A program made the position numbers and the translations under genes. The notes under the pieces are model-generated. The model had not been told where the DNA came from and did no database searches. It was given only the letters and a program-made list of their open reading frames with translations. A stretch of DNA of 64,000 nt, from the NCBI GenBank assembly GCA_011605725.1, contig JAAOZP010000012.1, positions 160,001 through 224,000 on the forward strand, in the 5' to 3' direction. The stretch's first letter is position 1. Every line of letters begins with the position of its first letter. Below are positions 46,891-56,201 of the stretch, piece after piece. The stretch comes from Nitrososphaerota archaeon (lineage in GTDB: Archaea; Thermoproteota; EX4484-205; JAAOZP01).

Positions 46891-48547
46891 TCAACTCCAG
46901 CCTCCGAACTAGAGAAGCCTCTAGCATTCTGCATAAAACATGGTATATTACGGAGTGCGTCTCCTGCACTCGACTCGTATCGGATGCAGGCGCCCTGATA
47001 GCGATGTCAGAGATTTTCGCCAGCATTCCTCCGTCCCTCCCTGTTAAAGCAATCACAACTAAGCCTAATGCTTTAGCAGTTATCGCAGCATAGATAACAT
47101 TCTGAGAATTACCGCTCGTGCTTATGCCCATCAGAACATCCCCTTTTCTCGCCAAGGAGTATAGTTCCTGTGCGAATGCCATGTTTCTAGTTGGATTATC
47201 GTTTTCAACAGCACTCGAGAGAGAATGGTTTGAACCTAGAACTAGCACGCGTAGGCCCTCCTCCAGGCTTTCCACCAAGAGACTACTGTAAGGAAGCCCT
47301 TCAAACAGCCTCCTACGATGAACCGGCATGGGTCTCTTAAGCTCAAAGGATTTCGAAAGCTCTGCTGAAATATGGAACGCATCCGCGAAACTGCCACCAT
47401 TACCGCATAGGAACAGGGTTCCTCCGACTTTGAGACGCATGTCAATAACTCTAAAAGACCTAACCAAGTCTTCTACGATGACATTCAAATCCGGATGAGA
47501 CCTGGCGAATTCTTCGACAATTTTCCCCACTGACGGCTCAAGACCCTCGGCTTGGCTTCTCAGCGTGGATCCTATCCCACTAGGCTGAAAAACAACATTT
47601 TCCTCCGTTATCATCCTAACCAAGAGATGACGAAGATTAGGTATTGTAACAACATGGTCGCCCGTTATGTGAAAGCCTTTACCCCCCAGCGAGGTTGGTC
47701 TTATAACAATGTTTTTCAGAGGCCTGTAATAATACTCCTCCTCATCCTTCTTTCTGGGACGGGTATACTCCCTTATGGGTTTCAGATCAAAATTTGCGGC
47801 TGTAAACCTCTCCACTTTAAAACCAAGGTTTCTTGCAATGGATAATGCTTTAAGAAAAACTTCAGGACCGATGACGGCTGACCCGAAGTTCAAAAAAACT
47901 CCTTCATCCAGACGGCTGACAGTGTAAACGTATTTCTTGAAATCAATACCACTTGCCTCACCTATGGCGGAGAAATCGCAAGCAGGATGCTGATGGATTA
48001 TGTCCGTTCCAAGAGCCACGTGCACGGTAAATGGTATTCCCAGTCTGTAAGCATGATAGAGAACGCTGTACTTCTTAAACTTGAAACGCTCGTCTTCAGC
48101 AATCATCCTCCCTAGTGATTCACCGTAGCCTAAGCCGTCGCGAACACCACGTTGAATCGCCAAGTTCATTAACAGCCCTGTCTCCTCAGCCATTCCGAAT
48201 GTCCCATCTTCTATGCTTGTAGCAACATCCTCGCTGGTCTCGCCGATTAAAGCAATTTCAAAATCGTGTATCGATGCTGCACCGTTAGACGCTACATGGC
48301 TCACCACACCCCGCTCCATAAGATCTATGAGCACCGGCCCTAATCCACATTTTATAACGTGCGCCCCCATCATCCAGAGAACCGGCCGCCCTTTTCTCCT
48401 CGCATCAACGATCATTCTTGCAACCTCAACCAGCTCCGGGCTTTCAAAAGGCGGCGGAGGCGACTCCGGGTCGACCAAATCCTTCAGCTTCACAAGGTTC
48501 TTTCTCTCAGATATCGGGTAGGTCTTAATTCTGCTGAAATCCAGCAT
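46868..48547 (-). CDS. Fusion of an uncharacterised DHS-like-fold N-domain and a GmhA-type SIS phosphoheptose isomerase
   Basis: C-terminal CGNGGSFADAFHISAEL, GISTSGNS, LTGRDGG, RVQETH..YH; N-terminal MMGAHVIKCG..SNGAASIHDFE..NFGSAVIGPEVFLKA. Confidence 0.8.
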   Translation of the reverse strand: MLDFSRIKTYPISERKNLVKLKDLVDPESPPPPFESPELVEVARMIVDARRKGRPVLWMMGAHVIKCGLGPVLIDLMERGVVSHVASNGAASIHDFEIALIGETSEDVATSIEDGTFGMAEETGLLMNLAIQRGVRDGLGYGESLGRMIAEDERFKFKKYSVLYHAYRLGIPFTVHVALGTDIIHQHPACDFSAIGEASGIDFKKYVYTVSRLDEGVFLNFGSAVIGPEVFLKALSIARNLGFKVERFTAANFDLKPIREYTRPRKKDEEEYYYRPLKNIVIRPTSLGGKGFHITGDHVVTIPNLRHLLVRMITEENVVFQPSGIGSTLRSQAEGLEPSVGKIVEEFARSHPDLNVIVEDLVRSFRVIDMRLKVGGTLFLCGNGGSFADAFHISAELSKSFELKRPMPVHRRRLFEGLPYSSLLVESLEEGLRVLVLGSNHSLSSAVENDNPTRNMAFAQELYSLARKGDVLMGISTSGNSQNVIYAAITAKALGLVVIALTGRDGGMLAKISDIAIRAPASDTSRVQETHSVIYHVLCRMLEASLVRRLELNGRAETL

Positions 48548-48672
48548 CTGCGTTTAAAGCCTTCCTTAAAGCCATATATTAACTTAATTCTTTAGTGCGA
48601 AGTAGAAATGGGTTTAAGCTTATACTGTTGGGCGCTGAGGAGCTTTTTAAACCGGGTCTACGCTTATTCTCC

Positions 48673-48686
48673 AAACCCTTTAAATA
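48673..48686 (+). promoter_or_regulatory. BRE/TATA box
   Basis: AAACCC-TTTAAATA, 23 nt before ATG 48710 (leaderless-type spacing). Confidence 0.6.
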
Positions 48687-48709
48687 GGCAGGAAAACCGT
48701 TAGATAACT

Positions 48710-49675
48710 ATGAGGACCGTTAAAATAGGAGTAATCGGAGCAGGTTCCCACGCGAATAACGTGCATTATCCTTCACTCTCCATGATAAAGGAGGCTGAGG
48801 TTAAGGCAGTATGCGACCTTAACCCGAATAGGCTTAGGATGACAGCTGAAAAATACTCGATACCGAGCCAGTATACAGATTATAAAAGTATGTTGGAGAA
48901 AGAGGAGTTGGACGCCGTGTACCTGATAATGCCTCCTCACCAACTATACGATATAGCGGTCGACTGCCTTAAGCAGGGTCTTAACCTTTTCATCGAGAAG
49001 CCGCCTGGCATAACTCGCAGTCAAACTGAAAGCCTTGCTTGGTATGCTGAGAAACACGGGTGTAGAACCATGGTTGGCTTTAACAGAAGGTTCATACCAC
49101 TCATGAGAAGAGCCAGGGAGATTGTTGAGGAGAGAGGATTCATAAACCAGTGCGTATCCACTTTCTACAAGAATATTCTTTCCCAAGAACCTCCCTACTA
49201 TTCTGGAGCGGTGGATGTTTTAACCTCCGACGTAATTCATGCTGTAGACACTTTGAGATGGATGGGGGGCGAAGTTAGTAATGTATTCAGCTCCGTCCGA
49301 AGGCTTTTCGTACCTTACGATAACAGTTTCAACGCAATGATTACGTTCCAAAACGGTGCAGTCGGCTTCTTGATGAGTAATTGGGCAGCCGGTTCAAGAG
49401 TACACGTCTTCGAAATGCATAGCAAAGGCATATCTGCCTTTGTGAACCCGAATGACAGAGCCCTGATATACAGAGACGGTTCATCCGAGCCTGAAGTAAT
49501 ATCCACGTTCGAAGCGGCTGAAAGCACTGAGTTTCACGTATACTACGGGTTTCTAAGTGAAAACATGCACTTCATCAGATGCGTGATAGAGGACAGAGAG
49601 CCTGAAACATGCTTCAGGGACGCCGTTAAAACAATGGAGCTTGTGGAGAAGATCTATGCGAACGCGCCTCGTTAA
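48710..49675 (+). CDS. Gfo/Idh/MocA oxidoreductase
   Basis: VIGAGSHA, LFIEKPPG, VGFNRRF, DVIHAVD. Confidence 0.92.
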   Translation: MRTVKIGVIGAGSHANNVHYPSLSMIKEAEVKAVCDLNPNRLRMTAEKYSIPSQYTDYKSMLEKEELDAVYLIMPPHQLYDIAVDCLKQGLNLFIEKPPGITRSQTESLAWYAEKHGCRTMVGFNRRFIPLMRRAREIVEERGFINQCVSTFYKNILSQEPPYYSGAVDVLTSDVIHAVDTLRWMGGEVSNVFSSVRRLFVPYDNSFNAMITFQNGAVGFLMSNWAAGSRVHVFEMHSKGISAFVNPNDRALIYRDGSSEPEVISTFEAAESTEFHVYYGFLSENMHFIRCVIEDREPETCFRDAVKTMELVEKIYANAPR

Positions 49676-49686
49676 ACAGCGATAAC

Positions 49687-51804
49687 CTAATCAAAAGGTT
49701 TTTGGCAAGATTCTAGGACAATGACCTCATACTCTTGGAGAACTGGCAACTTTAACACCACGTTCTGATCAACCTCTTCCCAATCCAGCTCCATGTTTAA
49801 CCTCAACGCCTTAGCGTAACGTGGCTTATCAAACCCGTGAAGAACTATTTTTAAATTCCTGATTAGTAGGGTTGATTCTATAGGCCTAGTCATCTCGCCA
49901 GTGAAGTTCACCAGATGTATTAGTATTCTACGTTTATCTGGCTGGTGTCTAAGAGTAACTTCAACAGTCTGAGGACAATCATCAAGCGTTACCAGTTTTC
50001 TAGACATGAGGCGGACAGCGTTAGCAATTATCCTCCTGTAGTCAGGGTTATGATAAGAATAATAGTGCTCAAAGAAGTTTCCAGCGAGGTAGAGGCAGCT
50101 TCCTCTTCCATACTTGTTAATCAGGATCGCGGGATTCTTAGATAAGGGAGGAAGCCTCACGTATCTAGCGGGCATTTTCTCATTATACATGGCTATCGCC
50201 CTTGACGTTACGGGGATCACCTCAACCCCGAAAGCCGGGCATGGAAGAAGCTTTGTGCTCACCCCCTCTACAAAAGGATGGTCGCCGACGATTGACATGT
50301 AGTCCATCATCATTGGGCCGAAGACACCTCTTCCAGCCTTAACGCCGAATACCTCGGCCAACCTGAACTCTTTAAGCATCACTCCGTATTCATCATATCT
50401 TGAACATTCAAAGCTTGCAATAAGGTTACCTCCATCCCTTACGTACTCCCTGATAGTGTCGGCACAATCATTAGAAATGCATGCAGAGTTTGGAGCAATT
50501 ATTAAGTCATACTTGCGAAGATTCTCCAGCTTTACCGACTCCTCATCAATAACGTCGAAGAGAACGTGGGACCTCACCAGTAGCTCGTAACATCCTTGAA
50601 AGCCAGCGAAGTAGTCTGCAGCCTTCCTCTCCTCGATTTTCACCTCCTTCGGATGGAAGTCCGCGAAAGGAATGCTCGCCCTGTAGAAATCAGCCGTCCT
50701 CTTGGACCAGAAGAGCCCAACCCTAGCGATCGACGTAGTGTGCTCCAGATACTCGGCGTTTCCAATTATAAAGCGGTTCATCTCCCCGGCAGCCAACGCT
50801 CCCGGCCCTTCAGCTGATCTCAACGATACACCATACCACGGATTAGCACCGTTAGCAATCGTCTCTGCATAAAGAAGCTTCGTCTCAGCTGGAGTTAAGA
50901 GATACTCATCCCACCCCTTATTAGCACCGGCTATGAAGACAACCGTCGGCTTACCGCCGGATTGTGTTTCCAGGAGCTTAGCCGTCATGCCTGCTTTCCA
51001 AAGCGGTTCAGCCCTCAGGTCATAGTATAGGAAGCCACCCTCAGCCCCCAGCATATCCTGGTAAGATATAAGCCTCCGGTTATCCCTTGCCTCAATCCAA
51101 GTCGGCCACAGGCCTGCAGAATTCATGTAGATTATCGCGTTCTGCTTAACCTTTTTCAGCGTCTTTTCAGCATCTCTAAGGTACTCAGCTATACTGTCAT
51201 ACCTAAACTCTACGAACTTCCTCCAGGAAGGGTCTTTCCAATCCTCCTCGCGGGGAATATCAAATCCATACTTCCGCTTGAACTTCTCTTGGCAGTTCTT
51301 GCAATAGCAAGTTCCCGGATAGTAGGCCGGGCCATCTAAAAATATTCCATCGATATCGTAGGAAGCCAGATCCTCGATACCTTGAAGGGACCACTCTCTC
51401 CAGGAAGGGGAGTTTACGCATGGAGAGTTTCCGGAGCCGTAAAGAAAATCTATTATCTTGCCTTCTTTATTCACCTGAAGCCAGTCCGGATGCTGCTTGC
51501 CAAACTCAACGTTTATCCAGTGCACATTGTAATAGACCAGGACCCTGATTCCTCTTTCACGAGCTTCCGGCAAGTATTCCCCCAAAAAATCCCTCGGCAT
51601 GCTTCTTGCTATCCTAGTCTTAAAGTAGAAGACACCCTTCTCCCCTCCCCAAAAATCGCTGCAACCAAGATGCTCAGCGTTAAAGCCAAGCCTACTCTTG
51701 GCTTCAGCAAGCTCAGCCGGATTTATTTTCAGAATCTCCTCGGCATCAGGTAAAGCGAAGTCCGCGATAGTAAGAGACTTGCGCCACCATTGTTCATCAG
51801 ACAT
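49687..51804 (-). CDS. Putative glycoside hydrolase (GH42-like TIM barrel plus trimerisation domain)
   Basis: RDFLGEY..GIRVLVY, HPDW, PCVNS, YDIDGIFLD, CYCKNCQEKF, KYDLIIAPN..YVRDGGNLIAS. Confidence 0.75.
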   Translation of the reverse strand: MSDEQWWRKSLTIADFALPDAEEILKINPAELAEAKSRLGFNAEHLGCSDFWGGEKGVFYFKTRIARSMPRDFLGEYLPEARERGIRVLVYYNVHWINVEFGKQHPDWLQVNKEGKIIDFLYGSGNSPCVNSPSWREWSLQGIEDLASYDIDGIFLDGPAYYPGTCYCKNCQEKFKRKYGFDIPREEDWKDPSWRKFVEFRYDSIAEYLRDAEKTLKKVKQNAIIYMNSAGLWPTWIEARDNRRLISYQDMLGAEGGFLYYDLRAEPLWKAGMTAKLLETQSGGKPTVVFIAGANKGWDEYLLTPAETKLLYAETIANGANPWYGVSLRSAEGPGALAAGEMNRFIIGNAEYLEHTTSIARVGLFWSKRTADFYRASIPFADFHPKEVKIEERKAADYFAGFQGCYELLVRSHVLFDVIDEESVKLENLRKYDLIIAPNSACISNDCADTIREYVRDGGNLIASFECSRYDEYGVMLKEFRLAEVFGVKAGRGVFGPMMMDYMSIVGDHPFVEGVSTKLLPCPAFGVEVIPVTSRAIAMYNEKMPARYVRLPPLSKNPAILINKYGRGSCLYLAGNFFEHYYSYHNPDYRRIIANAVRLMSRKLVTLDDCPQTVEVTLRHQPDKRRILIHLVNFTGEMTRPIESTLLIRNLKIVLHGFDKPRYAKALRLNMELDWEEVDQNVVLKLPVLQEYEVIVLESCQKPFD

Positions 51805-51895
51805 ACTCTCGTGCTAAGCTTTTGAAATATTAAACCTTTTCCAGAACAATCGGCTGCAAAAACTTATATTTCAACAGCTGGCGTTATGGGGAGAG

Positions 51896-53017
51896 ATGCT
51901 GCCTGCTGAAAGGCTTGACGCCGCGTTTGAAGGCAAGTATTCAGATGCAATACCGTGGTTTGCTGACCTTACTTACTGGTATCACTCGCACGAGGAAATG
52001 GGAACCTTGCCTACTAGGTATAGGGGCGAGGGAAGAATAAACCTTTACATGGACATGGGTTGTGGTGCGCATGAAGAGCTCTACCGACCAGTTTTCAGGA
52101 TAAAGCGTAGACAGGTGGAAATCAATGTTTACGAGACCAAGGATCATGACGGAAGCATTGTCAGGCACGAAGTTTTTCAAACACCGGTAGGAGAGTTGAG
52201 ACGAGTAAGTAAACACTCATTCAAATCCCACAGTACTGCGACTATAGAGCACCCCGTTAAAACAGAGAGAGACTTAAAGGTCCTGAGATTCATATTGAGA
52301 GACCAGATTGTAGAGAAGGATCCTGAGATTTACGAATGGCAGTCGCGAGCGATGCAGAAATGGAATGGATGGGGAATTGTAAGCTCTCTACCACCGAGAA
52401 CACCGTTGATGAGGATGATAGTGGAATGGGCCGGCTTCTCAAACACTGTAAAACTCCAGTGGAGGTCTAGAGAAGAGTTTGACGAGACAATTCAAGTCAT
52501 GTGCGAGGCGGATGACCCAGTTTATGAAGCAGTCTCAGAAGCACCCGCCAAGTATGTTTATTTCGGGGAAAACCTTTCTAGCGACATGGTTAGTCCACGT
52601 CTTTTCAAAACCTACTTGGAACCCTACTACAGGAAGCGTTCTCTTGAGCTTCACTCTAAAGGGAAGAAGATTTACCTACATATAGATGGTAGCCTTAGAG
52701 GGTTGTTGCCGTTGCTTGCTCAAACCGGCATAGACTGTGCACAATCGCTTACACCAGCGCCGGCAGGCGACGTCGACGTTAAGGATTTTAGGAGGCTCGC
52801 TGGCAATAGCATAGTACTATGGGGAGGATTACCAGGTGTTCTATTCAGTGAAAAATATCCCGTTGAAATGTTGAGACGGATTCTTGAAGACATAATAGAA
52901 ACATATATAAATGATTATAAGTTTATAATAGGAGTTGCTGACCAGGTGCCACCGGATGGAGAGATAGACAGGGTGAAAATGGTTAGCGAGATAGTGAATT
53001 CCAAGGGCAGAAGATAA
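51896..53017 (+). CDS. UroD/MtaA-like family protein
   Basis: TPVGEL, EHPVKT, GENLSSDMVSP, LHIDG, LTPAPAGD, WGGLP, VADQVPP. Confidence 0.82.
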   Translation: MLPAERLDAAFEGKYSDAIPWFADLTYWYHSHEEMGTLPTRYRGEGRINLYMDMGCGAHEELYRPVFRIKRRQVEINVYETKDHDGSIVRHEVFQTPVGELRRVSKHSFKSHSTATIEHPVKTERDLKVLRFILRDQIVEKDPEIYEWQSRAMQKWNGWGIVSSLPPRTPLMRMIVEWAGFSNTVKLQWRSREEFDETIQVMCEADDPVYEAVSEAPAKYVYFGENLSSDMVSPRLFKTYLEPYYRKRSLELHSKGKKIYLHIDGSLRGLLPLLAQTGIDCAQSLTPAPAGDVDVKDFRRLAGNSIVLWGGLPGVLFSEKYPVEMLRRILEDIIETYINDYKFIIGVADQVPPDGEIDRVKMVSEIVNSKGRR

Positions 53018-53102
53018 GAAGGTTCAGAATAAGTGTTCACTCTAACGAGCCACCCACTATTACAAAAAATTTAAGTTCAGGATGATATGATTCTACAGAA
53101 AG

Positions 53103-54134
53103 TTGCCATCTAGGAGGCTTACAGTAGGGCTGGTCCTAATCACAGCTGGAATCACTCTTATATTAAGCTCCCTACTCGTGAAACCAGAGCATCCCGAGGA
53201 AGATCAATATGCCGCGTTAAGAAAGGTTAGGGTAGATTATGCGGAAAGGCAGAGCTGTACCTACTTCCTAGACCAGAGCATCCTCCTTAGAAACCCGTCT
53301 AGCGAGACCGTGGTTGATCTGGTCTATGTGTGGATTCCGGTTAACGAGAGCCACCAGTTCACGCGGTTCCTAAGTTCAACTCTAAAACCATTATTCATGA
53401 AAAGCGATGAGGAGGTTGCCATATTAGTTTATAATGTTAGCTTGACGGAAGGGGAAACGATGTGGCTTAATGTTACGCTCCTAGTAACCGTTGAAGGATA
53501 TAGACTTCTTATGGAGAACATCCCCTGGCTGAACCGTTCTCAGGTTGAGGAGAGCACCGGAGGAAAAGGGTATTGGGCCGTTGAAAACCGGACATACATT
53601 TTAGTAGCGAAAAACATAGGCTTAGATGCTAGGGATCCTGTTGAAGCATGCCGTATTGTTGGAGAATGGATACGCAGGAGGCTTCAATACGACGAGGGGC
53701 CGAGAAAGGGTGCTAACCATGCGTTAATTGAGATGGGTGGCGAGCTGTTTGTCAGGGGCGACTGTGAAGAGATTGCCGATGTATTCGTAACGCTCACGAG
53801 AATACTTGGAATACGTTCAAGAGTAGTACATGGCCTCCGTCTTCTCGGATACAGGGAAGGCTCTGTGACAATGTGGATTAAGAGGACAGAAAGAGGTTAC
53901 GAGTACTCTGAAAATTGGGGTGGACATGCCTGGTCGCAAATGTATCTTCCGCAAGCAGGATGGGTTGATTTTGAACTGGGTGCATATGACGTTAGAATAG
54001 GAGACCTCACTCCATATTACGTTAGGTACAGCTTTGAGGAAAAAGGCAACCTGGGTTCAAACGTGCCTTACTGTTTGACGAGAAATCTGGAGGCAGACCT
54101 CCTGTACTTCGTTTTTAGGTGGGTTCAGCCTTGA
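53103..54134 (+). CDS. Membrane-anchored transglutaminase-like (papain-fold) protein
   Basis: N-terminal TM; GDCEEIA, GIRSRVVHG, GHAWSQ..GWVDFE. Confidence 0.85.
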   Translation: MPSRRLTVGLVLITAGITLILSSLLVKPEHPEEDQYAALRKVRVDYAERQSCTYFLDQSILLRNPSSETVVDLVYVWIPVNESHQFTRFLSSTLKPLFMKSDEEVAILVYNVSLTEGETMWLNVTLLVTVEGYRLLMENIPWLNRSQVEESTGGKGYWAVENRTYILVAKNIGLDARDPVEACRIVGEWIRRRLQYDEGPRKGANHALIEMGGELFVRGDCEEIADVFVTLTRILGIRSRVVHGLRLLGYREGSVTMWIKRTERGYEYSENWGGHAWSQMYLPQAGWVDFELGAYDVRIGDLTPYYVRYSFEEKGNLGSNVPYCLTRNLEADLLYFVFRWVQP

Positions 54135-54964
54135 GGATTTTGAGGAAAACTCTCTTAATCATAATCTTAGCCTTGACAGCAGTACCAGCAGCATTCCTCA
54201 TCAAGCTTCAGCCGGATTACCATGTTGAGATCAACATGAAGACAGGGTTTGAAAGGATGGTGATGCTAAAATTTGACATATTCTTAAAAACTATAAGTAG
54301 CTCAGTTCCGCTTGATGAGAATGCCTACTGGCCAGTTGTTGCGGACTATTACAAACTACGGTACCCATCAGGCTGGATAGAAGCGATGAAACTCTTGTCC
54401 AGAGAGGACATTAGGCTGCTGAACTGCCCGGTTAATCCCCCTTGCGTCAAGCCTCCCTACGCCGTGAACGAGGCAGATGCTTCAGACAGCAGTGCTTTCA
54501 CACTCAGAACCCTAGGAGTTGCCCTTCCCAAAGCCTCTTCTAGGCTTAGGGCGAAGATTTATGAATCGAAGTTTCTCAATTCAACATCAACCCTCCTAGT
54601 TACTGTTATGAACACAGGGGACGATGAAGGAGTGTTCATAGTTATTCTTTTTGAGAAAAGCTTTGAACAGGCTAGGAAGGTAGACCTCAAGCCCAGCGAA
54701 AACGCTTCAGTAAGGTTTCCAGTGCACGTCCCCGAGGGAGAAGAGGTAGTGGTAAGGATCTTTGGAGGTGGAGAGCAGCTGGACGGGTGTAAGCTGACCA
54801 TCGGGATGAAGAAGCCCCCGAGCATCTTGCCACTAGTCTTGGGCGCGGTGGGAACAATTCCTATGCTTGTTGGAACCCTCGTAATACTCTCCCACTTTAT
54901 GGGTAAGTTTAGGAAACACGCTTCATTGCAAGAGGATGGCCCTGCTCCATATCCTCCAAGCTAA
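54131..54964 (+). CDS. Surface membrane protein with Ig/CARDB-like beta domain
   Basis: N- and C-terminal TM helices; VTVMNTGD..VDLKPSENASVRF; TTGA overlap with the upstream stop. Confidence 0.6.
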   Translation: MRILRKTLLIIILALTAVPAAFLIKLQPDYHVEINMKTGFERMVMLKFDIFLKTISSSVPLDENAYWPVVADYYKLRYPSGWIEAMKLLSREDIRLLNCPVNPPCVKPPYAVNEADASDSSAFTLRTLGVALPKASSRLRAKIYESKFLNSTSTLLVTVMNTGDDEGVFIVILFEKSFEQARKVDLKPSENASVRFPVHVPEGEEVVVRIFGGGEQLDGCKLTIGMKKPPSILPLVLGAVGTIPMLVGTLVILSHFMGKFRKHASLQEDGPAPYPPS

Positions 54965-55054
54965 ACGGATTGCAGCATGCGCTAATTATGAACAGCCTTA
55001 CCTAAAACCATAATTCTTATAAGGTAGTACAGCATTCCATTCGAATGATGCATA

Positions 55055-56107
55055 TTGGTCGATATAGTTGACGCTCCTCAAATCACTGACAATTTCATAA
55101 GGAAACTGTATGAGAGAACTAGGCCCTCTCTATCCTTCAAAGCCTCCACTAGAGAAGAGTTTTTAGAATGGAGGGAGAAACTAAAGAGTAAGATTAGAGA
55201 GCTTTTAGGGGAATTCCCTGAGCCCGCTGACTTAAATCCCCGTCTGCTTTCTAGAGAGGAGGCTGAGAAGTATGTTAGGGAGAAATGGATCATTCAATCT
55301 GAAGAGGACTGCTGGGTACCATTATACCTTTTAATCCCGAAGGGCTTCAAAGGAAAGCTTCCAGCAATTTTATGTGCACACGGCCATGGCGCATACGGTA
55401 AGGATTCAGTAGCAGGTGTTCATTTTAACGATCCGAATAGGAAGGCTGAGATTGAAAGGTTAAACTATAATTATGCGGAGCAGATGGCTAATGCTGGTTT
55501 CGTTACAATAGCTCCTGATTGGAGAAGTTTTGGTGAAAGAATAGCCTATTATAATCCATATCCCGGGAGGGATATATGCAACATTCATTTCCTCCAGCAC
55601 TTGATACTTGGGAGAACGCTTTTAGGAAGCAACATATTCGACGGCATGCGGGTAATAGACTTCCTAACCACATTAGAATATGTTGATCCCAACCGGATAG
55701 GATGCATGGGTCTATCCTTTGGAGGGACAATGACAACCTACCTGACGCTGCTCGACGAAAGGATAAAAGCAGCAGATATAATATGCTACGCAACCACTAC
55801 TGAGCACTACGCGATATCTAGGCCAAACTTCTGCGGGTCTCAGCTGGTTCCCAACCTTTACAAGTATGCTGACGTGCCCGATGTCATAGCCGCAATAGCT
55901 CCTAAGCCTCTCCTAATAGAGAGCGGAGCCTCCGATACTTGTTTCTGGATTCATTCCACCCTTAAAGCACACAACGTGATAAAAAGGGCCTACGAGGTCG
56001 CCGGGGAGCCGGAGAACCTCTGGATAGAAATCTTCCCGGGGGAACACAGCTTCTCTGGGAGAATGGCCTTCAGCTTCTTCAAAAAATACCTTAAATCTGG
56101 AAACTGA
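55055..56107 (+). CDS. Alpha/beta hydrolase (dienelactone hydrolase / carbohydrate esterase-like)
   Basis: PAILCAHGHG, PDWRSFGER, GCMGLSFGG nucleophile elbow, GEHSF. Confidence 0.88.
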   Translation: MVDIVDAPQITDNFIRKLYERTRPSLSFKASTREEFLEWREKLKSKIRELLGEFPEPADLNPRLLSREEAEKYVREKWIIQSEEDCWVPLYLLIPKGFKGKLPAILCAHGHGAYGKDSVAGVHFNDPNRKAEIERLNYNYAEQMANAGFVTIAPDWRSFGERIAYYNPYPGRDICNIHFLQHLILGRTLLGSNIFDGMRVIDFLTTLEYVDPNRIGCMGLSFGGTMTTYLTLLDERIKAADIICYATTTEHYAISRPNFCGSQLVPNLYKYADVPDVIAAIAPKPLLIESGASDTCFWIHSTLKAHNVIKRAYEVAGEPENLWIEIFPGEHSFSGRMAFSFFKKYLKSGN

Positions 56108-56201
56108 GGCGAATGGCTGTTAAAACTGAAAGCAAATGCCGCTTGGGATACGCAGAGTAAAAATTCTAACATTTAGTGAAGCTAACCATCCACGCGCGCG
56201 C

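Noticed and set aside
43808-48547. Calling the operon a complete ADP-heptose/LPS core pathway
   Set aside because: No nucleotidyltransferase, 6-epimerase or heptosyltransferase in the window, and the host appears archaeal
13891-54975. LacI-like AANCGNTT half-palindromes in several spacers (e.g. near 13895, 37120, 54963)
   Set aside because: Too degenerate and inconsistently positioned to support a regulon by eye
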